Assembly (NCBI GenBank): GCA_020348925.1
Contig: CP070758.1
Span: forward strand, 3,549,688-3,613,687
Source of the DNA: Gemmatimonadota bacterium
Lineage (GTDB): Bacteria; JBHIER01; G020348925
DNA length: 64,000 nt
Direction: 5' to 3'
Shown here: positions 19,823 through 29,340 of the stretch, in pieces
Layout of the letters: every line of letters starts with the position of its first letter
How positions within the stretch are numbered: the stretch's first letter is position 1
Made by a program: the position numbers and the translations under genes
Notes under the pieces: model-generated
What the model saw: only the letters and a program-made list of their open reading frames with translations
Told to the model about the DNA's origin: nothing
Database searches by the model: none

Positions 19823-20995
19823 TTACTCTACTTCCAGGATGGCACATTTGAGATATTCTGTTTCCGGCATGGAGAGAAGAATGGGGTGATCCGGGGCCTG
19901 TGTTCGGAGTTCGATCAGCCGGACTTTTCTTTTCACATCGGCAGCGGCTCCCCGGATCAAAGACAGAAAAGCTCCGCGATCGACGTGATAGGAACAGGAA
20001 CAGGTGACGAGGATGCCTCGGGGTGAGAGGATGTTCAGGGCTCGACGGTTGATCTCCCGATAGCCCCTCAGTCCTTCAGTCAATTTTGATTTGCTTTTCA
20101 CAAAAGCCGGAGGATCAAGGATAATGCACTCGAATTTCCTGTGCTTTTTATGAAAATGCGCTAAGGTATAAAAGGCATTTCCGGCGTGGAACGTGCTCCT
20201 GTCTGAGAAATCGGAGAGCGCGGCATTTCTATCTGCCCATTGAATAGCCTTTTCGGAAGTATCTACGCCGGTGACCTCATCTGCCCCGAAATGAGCCGCG
20301 TGGAGGGCCCAGGCACCGGAATAACAGAAGCAGTCTAGGACCGAAGCGCCTGCGACAAGTTTCCTCAACCTCTTGTAATTCTCCCATTGATCAAGGTAGA
20401 GTCCGGTTTTCTGGCCCTCCAAGAGATCAACCTCAAGTTTCAGATCTTTTTCCCGTACAACAACAGGACCTTTCAGAGTGCCCTTCATCACTTTTTTATA
20501 TAAAGGGATGTTCTCGAGTTCCCGAGGCGTACTATCATTTTTAACGAGAATCACTTCCGGATGAAAAAGGTCATCCAACACCTCAACGATCAGATCGAGT
20601 TGTGCTTCCATACCAGCCGTTGAGGTTTGCACTACGAAATGATCCTCGTAGCGGTCGATGATGAGCCCGGGTAAAAGATCACCTTCACTGAAGACGAGAC
20701 GATAGAACTCACGTTCACATGCGAGCCTTTGTCTGTATTCGAAAGCGTTCTGGATACGTCGCTGGAAGAAATGCCCGTCGATCTCCTCCTGATGGAGGCT
20801 CAGAATCCGAACGCAGATTAAGGAATGAGGATTGATGTAACCTCGACCGACGAAGCTGCTTTTCAAATCGAAGACATCGACGAGTTCTCCGGGTTCATAG
20901 TCTTTCAATGAATCACTGATCTCATTGCTGTAGATCCAGAGATGACCCTTTTTTATCCGTCGTTCCTCGTTTTTCTTTAAATGGACTCTCTTCAT
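19823..20995 (-). CDS. rlmI: 23S rRNA m5C1962 methyltransferase (RlmI family)
   Basis: PUA domain GHLWIYSNEI, EGDLLPGLIIDRY, GQKTGLYLDQ, ILDPPAF, TCSCS, ETEYLK. Confidence 0.9.
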   Translation of the reverse strand: MKRVHLKKNEERRIKKGHLWIYSNEISDSLKDYEPGELVDVFDLKSSFVGRGYINPHSLICVRILSLHQEEIDGHFFQRRIQNAFEYRQRLACEREFYRLVFSEGDLLPGLIIDRYEDHFVVQTSTAGMEAQLDLIVEVLDDLFHPEVILVKNDSTPRELENIPLYKKVMKGTLKGPVVVREKDLKLEVDLLEGQKTGLYLDQWENYKRLRKLVAGASVLDCFCYSGAWALHAAHFGADEVTGVDTSEKAIQWADRNAALSDFSDRSTFHAGNAFYTLAHFHKKHRKFECIILDPPAFVKSKSKLTEGLRGYREINRRALNILSPRGILVTCSCSYHVDRGAFLSLIRGAAADVKRKVRLIELRTQAPDHPILLSMPETEYLKCAILEVE

Positions 20996-21238
20996 CGAAT
21001 CAAAGTGTTTCTTTTTAAAATTTGTGTTTTGGATTTCGGATTCTGCCAGAGGTCAAGATGAGAAAGATTCACCATACATTTTCACATGATTTGTTATGAA
21101 TAGCCGATTCCGAATGCTCTCTGCCTCTTTTATCAGGGTCATTATAGTGTGAAACTTTTTAAGAATCAAGGGAAAAGTTTGCAAATTGCAGAGGCATGAA
21201 TAGGTCGAACTGCGAAGCGACACGATAATTATTTTGGA

Positions 21239-22291
21239 TTACTCCAAAATATACTGATGAAAATAAGAAGGCCACGCTTGCCATCCGTGTTTACATGTCC
21301 ATAAAAAACCGTTTCTATATGTGAGTCCTGCTTCTGGAGGGTCATAAAAAACGTAAAATCCTGTTGGTTCGAGAGTTTCCTTTTGGAGGAGATAAAGTCT
21401 GTTGGATCGAGAGGTGCTGAGTAGAAACCGTTGGCCGTTCCAGGCGATCCCGGATGGACGCTCCGTTGGCGGATCGTAGGTTTCGATCACGGTCATATCT
21501 GGTCCGTGTTTATAGATTCTGCTTTCTCTGGATGAGCATGACCACATGTTTATCCCATCGTATGTTACGTCATCAAAAAGGACATGCACATCCGGTCCAT
21601 GGATACTCTCCGGTGTGTCATACCGGGTTTCTGTTCGCAGGGTTGTATCCGGTTGAACGGCCATTTTATAGAGATACGTTTTGTCGTCCTCGAAGGCGAT
21701 AGAAACCCAGAGATAGTGGGTTCCATTTTCTTCCGTGGCTGTCAATCCATAGGGTGTGGTGTAGGAGCTCTTATTGGGATTCGAGCCAGGGGAATCGAAA
21801 TACTTCACCCATTTCAAACCCTCAGCGTCGTTGAGCACATAGATACGCTGTCGCGTTCCGGCGCTCGTCCAGGGGATGTCCCCGGTCCAGGCTAATCCGT
21901 TCGGTGTGGGGGAGGGTCCTTTCTTTGAACTCTGGTAGTAAAGCATTTTGCCGAGAGTGATATCGAAAGAATTCAGGTCTTCGTAGACCATGAGAAAGAA
22001 TGTGGTAAAGGTTTCAAAATATGCTTTGGTCACAGTAAGAGTGTGGTTCTCTCCGCCGAGGATATTCGAAATACAGTAATTTCCGAGACTGTCTGTGACA
22101 GTGCTGTTTATACCGATAGTTACATTTGCATCGGGCAGTGGTTCGTTTGTGACGCTGTGGTACACCGTTCCGGAGACGGAGTAGTGGGGGAGTTCCGGAG
22201 CGTCCACCCAGTGCTTCTGTTTTTTAAAACAGGAAACGAGAAGTGTCAGGATGAGGATGCAGTGGAGAAGTATTATTGTTCTATGAAACAA
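21239..22291 (-). CDS. Lipoprotein with carboxypeptidase-regulatory-like domain plus beta-propeller (paralog 1)
   Basis: Lipobox LLVSC; SVSGTV...EPLPDANVTI..TDSLGNY; repeated P.GLAW/TYDG..WS blades; clearly paralogous to 26879..27928. Confidence 0.75.
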   Translation of the reverse strand: MFHRTIILLHCILILTLLVSCFKKQKHWVDAPELPHYSVSGTVYHSVTNEPLPDANVTIGINSTVTDSLGNYCISNILGGENHTLTVTKAYFETFTTFFLMVYEDLNSFDITLGKMLYYQSSKKGPSPTPNGLAWTGDIPWTSAGTRQRIYVLNDAEGLKWVKYFDSPGSNPNKSSYTTPYGLTATEENGTHYLWVSIAFEDDKTYLYKMAVQPDTTLRTETRYDTPESIHGPDVHVLFDDVTYDGINMWSCSSRESRIYKHGPDMTVIETYDPPTERPSGIAWNGQRFLLSTSRSNRLYLLQKETLEPTGFYVFYDPPEAGLTYRNGFLWTCKHGWQAWPSYFHQYILE

Positions 22292-22311
22292 CGGGATTCA
22301 CCCTACAGTGT

Positions 22312-23757
22312 TTATTCGACTTTCTCAACTTTGATACAATCGACGAACATATAGGCGGGTACGAAGCCTCCTATCCACAGCTCAATTCTCAGTGTGTTAT
22401 CTGCCGGACAATAGAGAGACTCTTCAGACGCGTACGATACCCACTCTGTCCCATGAATGATTAATTCTGTTTCGTCTCTTTCTTCGCCGACATCGCCAGT
22501 CGTTAATACGATTTTCCCCCCTCGATCGCTTTCGTTCGCCTTTCCCCAACAACTCACTATGTAATAACTGTCTTCTGCCTGTGATGGTAGTTCAATGTAT
22601 GCTGCGGGCTGTGTACAGCCCCCACCGATAAACAGAGACTGTCTTCCGCAACCGGGAGCCGGATCGGCTACAAACATCTCCTGAAAAATCCATCGCCAGC
22701 CTGTGGTGTCTTCGTCAGATTCGAAGGAATTGAAATAAACGATATTCGAGGGAAGACATTCGTCCATTCGTAAGATGAGATTCACAATCTTCATTATATC
22801 CAGCACATCGACAACCCCATCCCCGTCACATTTGTACGTCGGCCCATTGCAGTCAGCCGCCTGGGATTCCTCTGACGAAGGATTGTAAATACCTAAGAAA
22901 ATATGAACAGCTTCAACGATATCCAGAACATCTATGACACCGTCACCATTAATATCACCTTTCGAGCGGGCGGGGATGACACCGTTGCATGTCACAGGGA
23001 CTTCAACCCATCCTCCTCCTGATACTTCTAAAATTCCTTCGCATGGTCCCGGTTTCTCAGGGTGGCAAGAAACTATGACATCTCTTGATTGGCCTACGTT
23101 TAATTCAAAGATATTCGGATAAGCGCTGGCGCAATTTTCAGAGAAAATATGTACGTTAGCACTTCGAGTTCCTACGTTACAAATAATCAATGTATCAATT
23201 CCTACGCTCCCGATCCATATATCGCCAAGATCAAACTCTGCAGATGATATTTCCAACATTGGATCACAACAAAATATATCTATATAACCATTTTCAACAG
23301 AGTGTGTATATTCCATTCCTGAAGAGTTGGCAAGCTTTGTATTGAATAGAGTCAAAGGATAGTATTCCCCTTCTGCACAATTCCAAGTAATATCGAGGGT
23401 GAACTCAGCTATCGAACCGGAACCTGGAGCGATGAATGTGCCGATACCTGTCCCGGCAAACTTCACCACGCCTGGATCAGGATTGCTAGCTTGGAATATG
23501 TGTAAGTCCGCAGATCGATCTGTCCTGGTTAAACTCGCTGGATCGATAGTGAAACAGTCAGGATCGAATATCATATCGAATTGAATAGCTGCGACATTAC
23601 CATCATTCTCCAAACTGATTGTGAGAGATCTATTAGTGTCTCCCGTGCACGCGAATCCAATATCATCCACTCTCAGCACCATCTGGCCAAAGACACCGCC
23701 ATTTAGTAATAAAATAAATGCTGTGGTTAGAATTAAGAAAAGAGTATTCTTTGTCAT
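22312..23757 (-). CDS. Secreted cohesin + Ig(ASH-like) + dockerin + C-terminal jelly-roll domain protein
   Basis: SD AAGGAG and signal peptide; cohesin-like ISLEN..VAAIQFDMIFDP...GSGSIAEFTL; dockerin GDINGDGVIDVLDIV / ADCNG....CDGDGVVDVLDI. Confidence 0.8.
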   Translation of the reverse strand: MTKNTLFLILTTAFILLLNGGVFGQMVLRVDDIGFACTGDTNRSLTISLENDGNVAAIQFDMIFDPDCFTIDPASLTRTDRSADLHIFQASNPDPGVVKFAGTGIGTFIAPGSGSIAEFTLDITWNCAEGEYYPLTLFNTKLANSSGMEYTHSVENGYIDIFCCDPMLEISSAEFDLGDIWIGSVGIDTLIICNVGTRSANVHIFSENCASAYPNIFELNVGQSRDVIVSCHPEKPGPCEGILEVSGGGWVEVPVTCNGVIPARSKGDINGDGVIDVLDIVEAVHIFLGIYNPSSEESQAADCNGPTYKCDGDGVVDVLDIMKIVNLILRMDECLPSNIVYFNSFESDEDTTGWRWIFQEMFVADPAPGCGRQSLFIGGGCTQPAAYIELPSQAEDSYYIVSCWGKANESDRGGKIVLTTGDVGEERDETELIIHGTEWVSYASEESLYCPADNTLRIELWIGGFVPAYMFVDCIKVEKVE

Positions 23758-23831
23758 TATATGGCTCCTTGGACACGTGTCATTCAATGTTCAAGATTTG
23801 GGATCAATCCACTATGAATTGGTTTAAATTA

Positions 23832-24414
23832 CTATTCTACACACTCAACTTTCAGGCAATCTACGAATATACTATGACCGGAAAAGTACCCATGTACAAT
23901 TATTCCTATTTGCAGTCTATGATTACCGGTGCAGAATACGGACTCCTCAGTTGTATACAAATTCCATTCAGGACCTTCTATGCGCAATTCTATTATATTG
24001 TCTTCATCCCATCCATGTTCCGGAGTCGTTAAGACGATACTTCCATAATTCATACTTTTGCCCCAACAACTCATCGTATAATATCCTTCTTTGGATTGCG
24101 GTTGAAACTCAAGGATAGCTATCGGCTGCATGGAAGCTGCCCCTCCTCCAATGTGGAGAGATTTTCTTCCGCACCCTGGTACTGAATCATCGATAAACAT
24201 TCTGGTCGATAAGCCTATCCAGTCAATAGTGTCTTCTGAGGTTTCAAAGGAATTGAAATAGATGACATTTCCCGGAAGACATTCATCTAATTGTAGAATT
24301 ATATTGACGATTTTCAAAGCGTCCAGGACATCCACGATGCCATCTCCGTTGCAGTTTCCGCGCGGTCCGTTGCAGTCTGCTGCCCAATACCAACTGGGGT
24401 AAAAAGGCCAGAGC
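23832..24414 (-). CDS. 3' part of a paralogous dockerin protein, truncated by the assembly gap
   Basis: WAADCNGPRGNCNGDGIVDVLDALKIVNII followed by the same NVIYFNSFE...DCLKVE domain as 22312..23757. Confidence 0.8.
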
Positions 24415-24514
24415 NNNNNNNNNNNNNNNNNNNNNNNNNNNNNNNNNNNNNNNNNNNNNNNNNNNNNNNNNNNNNNNNNNNNNNNNNNNNNNNNNNNNNN
24501 NNNNNNNNNNNNNN
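24415..24514. other. Scaffold gap (100 N)
   Basis: Run of N. Confidence 1.
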
Positions 24515-24598
24515 ATTTGGGTAAGCCTTGATTTGCACTATATTCTGTTGTGATCACAAGGGAAATCTCGAAAAAAAGGGAAATTTTTTTTGAAAATC

Positions 24599-24752
24599 GG
24601 AAATAGGTATACCTCACAGAGTGGGGAATTTTGGTATTGGGTAAACATAGAGCACGGTCTTTAAAACGTCGAATTTGCCACTTCTAAGCCGACAGGAGGC
24701 GCGTACTTTAGGGGAAATAGGTATACCTCACAGAGTGGGGATTTTTGGCATT
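24599..24752 (+). repeat. Two 40-bp direct repeats (24599-24638, 24713-24752), iteron-like
   Basis: GGAAATAGGTATACCTCACAGAGTGGGGA[A/T]TTTTGG[T/C]ATT; 2 mismatches, 114-bp offset. Confidence 0.9.
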
Positions 24753-24864
24753 TGTGATTTCGACAGACTTGTATTTAAATTGAAGAACCGGATCCGATTT
24801 CAATGAGCTGCAAATTTTGCAGTTGAAACGACCAAACTTTTATCATTAACAATCAACTTTGTCT

Positions 24865-24897
24865 AAAAAGGGGCTTGTAACCGCAAGCCCCATTTTT
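24865..24897. terminator. Bidirectional intrinsic terminator
   Basis: AAAAA-GGGGCTTG-TAACCG-CAAGCCCC-ATTTTT. Confidence 0.7.
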
Positions 24898-25178
24898 ATT
24901 TATACAGCATGCGTTTTTTTGAAAAAAAACTTGACAAGGTATTGACAACGAATTATTATTAAGTTGTCCTAAATAAAGGACGATTAAATCACGACTCGTA
25001 GAGTCGCTAAGCGTTTTGTTAGACTCTTATGAGTCGTCGAAACAAACTAAACTCAACGCCACTTTTTATGGGTTGTGGATGTGAGGGGTGGCGATTATAA
25101 AAAGGAGTGGTGTTTTTTATTTGCTTCAAAAAGAAGCGATAAGATGAAAATAATTATTCGATGAAAGGAGGTTATCAG

Positions 25179-25427
25179 ATGAAAAATGAAATAAAAGTAA
25201 CAGATATTGAGTTCGCAACAACCCTCCTATATCATGAAATCCCCATAACAGACACAGAAAAAAACGGCAGTAAAATAATTTTTATATTCGAGAACAATCC
25301 CCGTATTAGAGAATTACAAATCAAGTTTATCAATGGTGATCTTGCGGTTGACCTCAAAAAGTTTATGGCATTGCTTAGGTCGACTAAGGGATTGTTCATT
25401 TTCGGTAGTACAAAAGATAACCATTAG
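25179..25427 (+). CDS. DUF5659-like small protein
   Basis: SD AGGAGG; TDIEFATTLL...KIIFIFE...FINGDLAVDLKKF pattern. Confidence 0.65.
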   Translation: MKNEIKVTDIEFATTLLYHEIPITDTEKNGSKIIFIFENNPRIRELQIKFINGDLAVDLKKFMALLRSTKGLFIFGSTKDNH

Positions 25428-25456
25428 CATGATAGAAGTGAGAGGAGGTGTAAAAG

Positions 25457-25663
25457 ATGAATAATTGCGAATGGTGCTTAAAAGACGCAGAGAGTATAGT
25501 CGCAGAAAGAAGATGTGTTAACGGAAAATATTTCTGGGATAACGCTCGAACTCTCTGTAGTCTGTGTTCAGCGAGACATCGGGAAATTTTTGGCCAAAAT
25601 AGCTTTGAATGGTCAATCAATACAATAGCTGAAAATGTACGGTGTTTAGTTGAGATTAATTAG
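25457..25663 (+). CDS. Small putative zinc-binding protein
   Basis: SD GAGGAGGTG; CEWC ... CSLC pairs. Confidence 0.55.
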   Translation: MNNCEWCLKDAESIVAERRCVNGKYFWDNARTLCSLCSARHREIFGQNSFEWSINTIAENVRCLVEIN

Positions 25664-25766
25664 ACCCCAGAAAATTTAAAAAGTGGTGTCATCTATGTTT
25701 TAAATAAGGGTCTATTGAATTAACAAGTAGTTCTTTAAAGTGATATGAAAAGAAAGGAAAAATGAA

Positions 25767-26900
25767 ATGGATGATGGGAGGACGGGAGGTTTCATAGAGA
25801 CATATGTAAAATGGGTTGAACCCTGGATAGACGGCCCAAGGTCTTACCATGAATGGACTGCAATTATGATGCTTGGTACTGTTTCATCAGACAAGATATA
25901 TATAGTCCAGGGTGACGACAAAATACACATGAACCTTTACACCCTTTTGATAGGAGATTCCTCTTATATGAGAAAAGGTTCTTGTATTCGGCAATCGGTC
26001 AAATTACTAAATGAAGTAGATCCCGAACTTATATGTCCGACGTTTTCTTCAACTGAATCTTTTTTCGGTAGCGATTTGAAGGGTTTAATGCCTCTTGGTG
26101 AGTTTGATATGTTTCTTGAACATGCATCAAAGGATTACGCAAAAGGATTCAAGTCTCTAATAACAGATTTGTATGAACCACTTCCATCAGGTGCTTATAA
26201 GAGAAAGACTCGAAGTGAAAATGTTCAGGTGATAGGCCACACAAACATTAGCATTTTTGGAGCTACCGCTTTGTCGTGGATTAGAGATAGAATACGTCCA
26301 AATGACTTTATGGGTGGGTTCCTTCCAAGATTTTGTCCTGTACTTGAAACTAAACGAGACAGGGAAATTATAAGGATACGTCCGAAAGCAGATGAAGCCA
26401 TGAAAGAAAATCTCGTACGTTTCCTGAGAGAGTTACATGGAGAGCTTAAAGGGGAAATTGACACAAGGGGATACATTAATAAATACGACGAATGGGGTCG
26501 TAACTTTGAGCTTGAAATAAAAGATACTCCGAACGAGGAGCTACTGAGTCCTTACTACACACGTCTTGAAGGAGTAATGCACAAATTGACTGTTCTTAAC
26601 CACATTTCGAATTGTTTCAATAGCGATTCACCATACTATTACTTTCCCGACGTAAAAGCATTTAGCGAGGCCAAGACACACGTGATAGCCCTTTCTCACA
26701 ATGTAAGGGAGCTGTTACAGCTTTTGCCTTTGAGTAAGGATAGACGGGAACAAGAGAGGCACAGAATAAAGGAATATTTGAGAAAAAATGGGATCACAAA
26801 CCGAAGTGAGTTCTTACAGAATGCAGTGAAATGTTCAGGCAAAGAATTAACCTGGCACCTTGAACGTTTGCGACGTTCCTATTCGATACGATATTTGTAG
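25767..26900 (+). CDS. DUF3987-like replication helicase/ATPase domain protein, probably C-terminally truncated
   Basis: NLYTLLIGDSSYMRKGS, EFD, LITDLY, ISIFGAT, GGFLPRF; last codons overlap the end of the opposite-strand gene. Confidence 0.75.
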   Translation: MDDGRTGGFIETYVKWVEPWIDGPRSYHEWTAIMMLGTVSSDKIYIVQGDDKIHMNLYTLLIGDSSYMRKGSCIRQSVKLLNEVDPELICPTFSSTESFFGSDLKGLMPLGEFDMFLEHASKDYAKGFKSLITDLYEPLPSGAYKRKTRSENVQVIGHTNISIFGATALSWIRDRIRPNDFMGGFLPRFCPVLETKRDREIIRIRPKADEAMKENLVRFLRELHGELKGEIDTRGYINKYDEWGRNFELEIKDTPNEELLSPYYTRLEGVMHKLTVLNHISNCFNSDSPYYYFPDVKAFSEAKTHVIALSHNVRELLQLLPLSKDRREQERHRIKEYLRKNGITNRSEFLQNAVKCSGKELTWHLERLRRSYSIRYL

Positions 26901-27928
26901 AACCAGCCAGTTCTCCCGTGTTTGCAAGCCCAGAGGAAGCCATCTCTGTATTCAAGGCCTGTTACAGGTGATTCCTGAAGGACGTAATATCCTGTTGACG
27001 TGAGGTTGTCTCCATTCAGCAGATACAGTCTGTTGGAACGTTGGGTCGTCAACCAGAAATTGCTTCCGTCCCAGGCGATACCTGAGGGTCGCTCGTCCGG
27101 GGGATCGTATGTTTCGATAACATTCATATCATTTTGATGTTTATAGATCTTGTGTTCTCTTGCTGAACACGACCAGAGGTGTGCTCCGTCGTACGTCAGA
27201 TCGTCGAGGAGAACCGTAACATCCGGCCCATAAACACTGTTCGGTGTTTTATAGCGGGCTTCCGTGGAAAGGGTTGCGTCCGACCTGACGGCTGATTTAT
27301 ACGTATACGCAGCTCCATCGTCGAAGGCAACCGATACCCAGAGATACCTGGTTTCACCTTCCTGGGTGGCCGTTAAGCCATAGGGGGTTGTGTATTTCTC
27401 CTTGGGAGGAAAAGAGCCGGGTGAATCAAGATAGTTCACCCAGTTCAACGTTCCGTTGAGTCTGTATATTCTTTTGCGAAGCCCGTCACTGGACCACGGA
27501 TTATCCCCAGTCCAGCAAAGTCCGTTCGGTTCACGATATGGCCCTTGAAATCGATCGCTGAAGTAGATGATTTTGCCCAGGATAATATCGAAAGAGTCAA
27601 GATCCGCGTACCCCAACAGCAAAATTGTCTCGAACGTTTCAAAGTACGCCTTTGTTACGGTGACGTTATGGCTTGCTCCGCCGGGGACATTGGAGATGGT
27701 GTATTGGCCGAGGCTGTCTGTGAGAGCACTCTGGTCTTCGATAATCACTCTCGCTCCGGGCAACGGCTCATTTGTGACACTGTGGAAGACCCTGCCGGAA
27801 ACGGTGTAATTCGGCAGCTCCGGCCCGATTGCCTCGTGGCCCTGTTTTTTAAAGCACGAAAAAAAGAGGAATGAAACTATGACAAGGCACGAAAGAGATT
27901 GTATTGTTCTGGGTATAAAGGCTGTCAT
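26879..27928 (-). CDS. Lipoprotein with carboxypeptidase-regulatory-like domain plus beta-propeller (paralog 2)
   Basis: Lipobox LFFSC; shares HSVTNEPLP, VTKAYFETF, YTTPYGLTAT, ERPSGIAW with 21239..22291. Confidence 0.78.
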   Translation of the reverse strand: MTAFIPRTIQSLSCLVIVSFLFFSCFKKQGHEAIGPELPNYTVSGRVFHSVTNEPLPGARVIIEDQSALTDSLGQYTISNVPGGASHNVTVTKAYFETFETILLLGYADLDSFDIILGKIIYFSDRFQGPYREPNGLCWTGDNPWSSDGLRKRIYRLNGTLNWVNYLDSPGSFPPKEKYTTPYGLTATQEGETRYLWVSVAFDDGAAYTYKSAVRSDATLSTEARYKTPNSVYGPDVTVLLDDLTYDGAHLWSCSAREHKIYKHQNDMNVIETYDPPDERPSGIAWDGSNFWLTTQRSNRLYLLNGDNLTSTGYYVLQESPVTGLEYRDGFLWACKHGRTGWFYKYRIE

Positions 27929-28429
27929 TTTAATTGCCGAACCTTGAGCCTGGATTATTTGCCACAGAGGCACTGAGACACAGAGACAATCGAAATACAA
28001 TATGCTATATTATATCAACATAAAAGTTTGTTTTTAGAAAAGTTTTATGTTCACTGTCCTCCGTCAGTCCATTCTTCAGCCCAAGTGGGACGCACATCGG
28101 AACATCAGCGCATCAGTGGGAAGAAGATCAGATAACCGGGATATCAGATGTATTGTGTCCACCGCTCTATTCTTTTCATGTTCCTGTCTCCTGATCCCTT
28201 CAAACGTCAAAGGGCCTAAGAAGGCATGAGAAGGCTTTATTCTTTCAGTTTTTCTCTCTTCTTTTGCCCTCTTCAACGAGTATCCTGCTCACTGATCACC
28301 TGATTCTCTAGTATGCTCATAGAGTACTGTACTTAGTTTGTTTGCTGAGCACATTTGTGTAATATGTAAATACTTGATTGCAGCTCTGCTGTGCTATGAA
28401 TTAATCAAGTTAAAGGTGGCTCTTCTGTC

Positions 28430-28865
28430 CTATCGATCTGGTAACATCTGATGACCTATTTCAATTACATCAAGAATGTCGATGTCGCAATCCCCGTTGA
28501 TATCTGCAGCCCACAATTGATATTGTGTGGGTTCGAAGCCAATACCCAAAATGAAATATTCAACAAAGATGAGATCAACGATATCAATAGAGCCGTCTTG
28601 TGAAACATCGCCAATACTCCTTTTGACAGTGACGGTTGCAGGCAACCTGATTATGGGATGAGCAAGATCGTTGGAAGTTATGATGATGTCGAAGGTGTAC
28701 GTTGAATCGGGGGATCTCCCTTTGTGTTTTTTGTGTCGTGTGTGGTTGATATCGCAGGGGCTGTTGTCTCGAGTCGGATATTGTATTCCTTTGAGCAGAG
28801 AGCGGTAAAAACTGAAGCAGCAAAATTGCACTCACAGCAGTATATATCTTTTGTTTTTCAGACAT
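28430..28865 (-). pseudogene. Frameshifted or internally deleted secreted dockerin protein
   Basis: SD AAAGGAGG and signal peptide MSEKQKIYTAVSAILLLQFLPLSAQ in one frame; IIITSND..GDVSQDGSIDIVDL...ADINGDCDIDILDV dockerin in another frame. Confidence 0.65.
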
Positions 28866-29116
28866 TAGCTCCTCCTTTATGGGGTAAAAGGAGTTGAGTT
28901 ACAATAGAGCGTTTAGTATTCGTATTTTCTGGTCAGGATGTTGATAGCGAAACAGGCAAACCGGGTAACGGATCAGGTGTCTATGTTACAATCCTCTTTA
29001 CCTCCGTATAACGTGTGTTGAGTTTACTAACCTCAAGTTCCCAATATATATTCTGTAATTTCTTTGTCAAGGCCCGATTACCTCATGGCCCTGCTATTCT
29101 AAGTTTTATAAAACTC

Positions 29117-29145
29117 TTGACATGCTGAAGCGTCTATAATATATT
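29117..29145 (+). promoter_or_regulatory. sigma70-type promoter for tRNA-Lys/tmRNA
   Basis: TTGACA-N17-TATATT; a divergent TTGACA-N16-TATATT lies at 29043-29070 on the minus strand. Confidence 0.65.
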
Positions 29146-29257
29146 TGGAAGCCCGATCCGGAGAGAAATTGAGATCTACGCGACCGATTCGGAGTCATAT
29201 TTTTGGTACGTTGGGATGAGGGGTAGAAGAGCCGGGTCGGATGTTCTTTGATACCGT

Positions 29258-29333
29258 GCGCCCATAGCTCAATTGGTAGAGCAGCGGACTCTTAATCCGT
29301 TGGTTCGGGGTTCAAGTCCCTGTGGGCGTACCA
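29258..29333 (+). tRNA. tRNA-Lys (CTT)
   Basis: 76-nt cloverleaf, anticodon arm GCGGA-CTCTTAA-TCCGT, GTTCAAGTC T-loop, encoded CCA. Confidence 0.97.
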
Positions 29334-29340
29334 ATATTTT

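Larger units (their letters stand above)
24515..26878 (+). mobile_element. Remnant of a phage-satellite/plasmid-like element (repeats, DUF5659, Zn-finger ORF, DUF3987)
   Basis: AT-rich, opposite orientation to the flanking genes, replication-module gene types, direct repeats; no integrase visible. Confidence 0.65.

Noticed and set aside
22312-24414. Diversity-generating retroelement TR/VR pair
   Set aside because: The paralogs differ at all base types and by indels, both are coding, and no reverse transcriptase is present in the window.
23832-24617. ORF-track protein spanning the N gap
   Set aside because: Artefact; the sequence on the far side of the gap is non-coding repeat DNA.
24599-24752. 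CRISPR array
   Set aside because: Only two repeat copies, a 74-bp spacer and no cas genes.
28948-28980. c-di-GMP-I riboswitch (GGCAAACC)
   Set aside because: Lacks the GAAA loop and second GCAAAG stem, and is antisense to the neighbouring gene.
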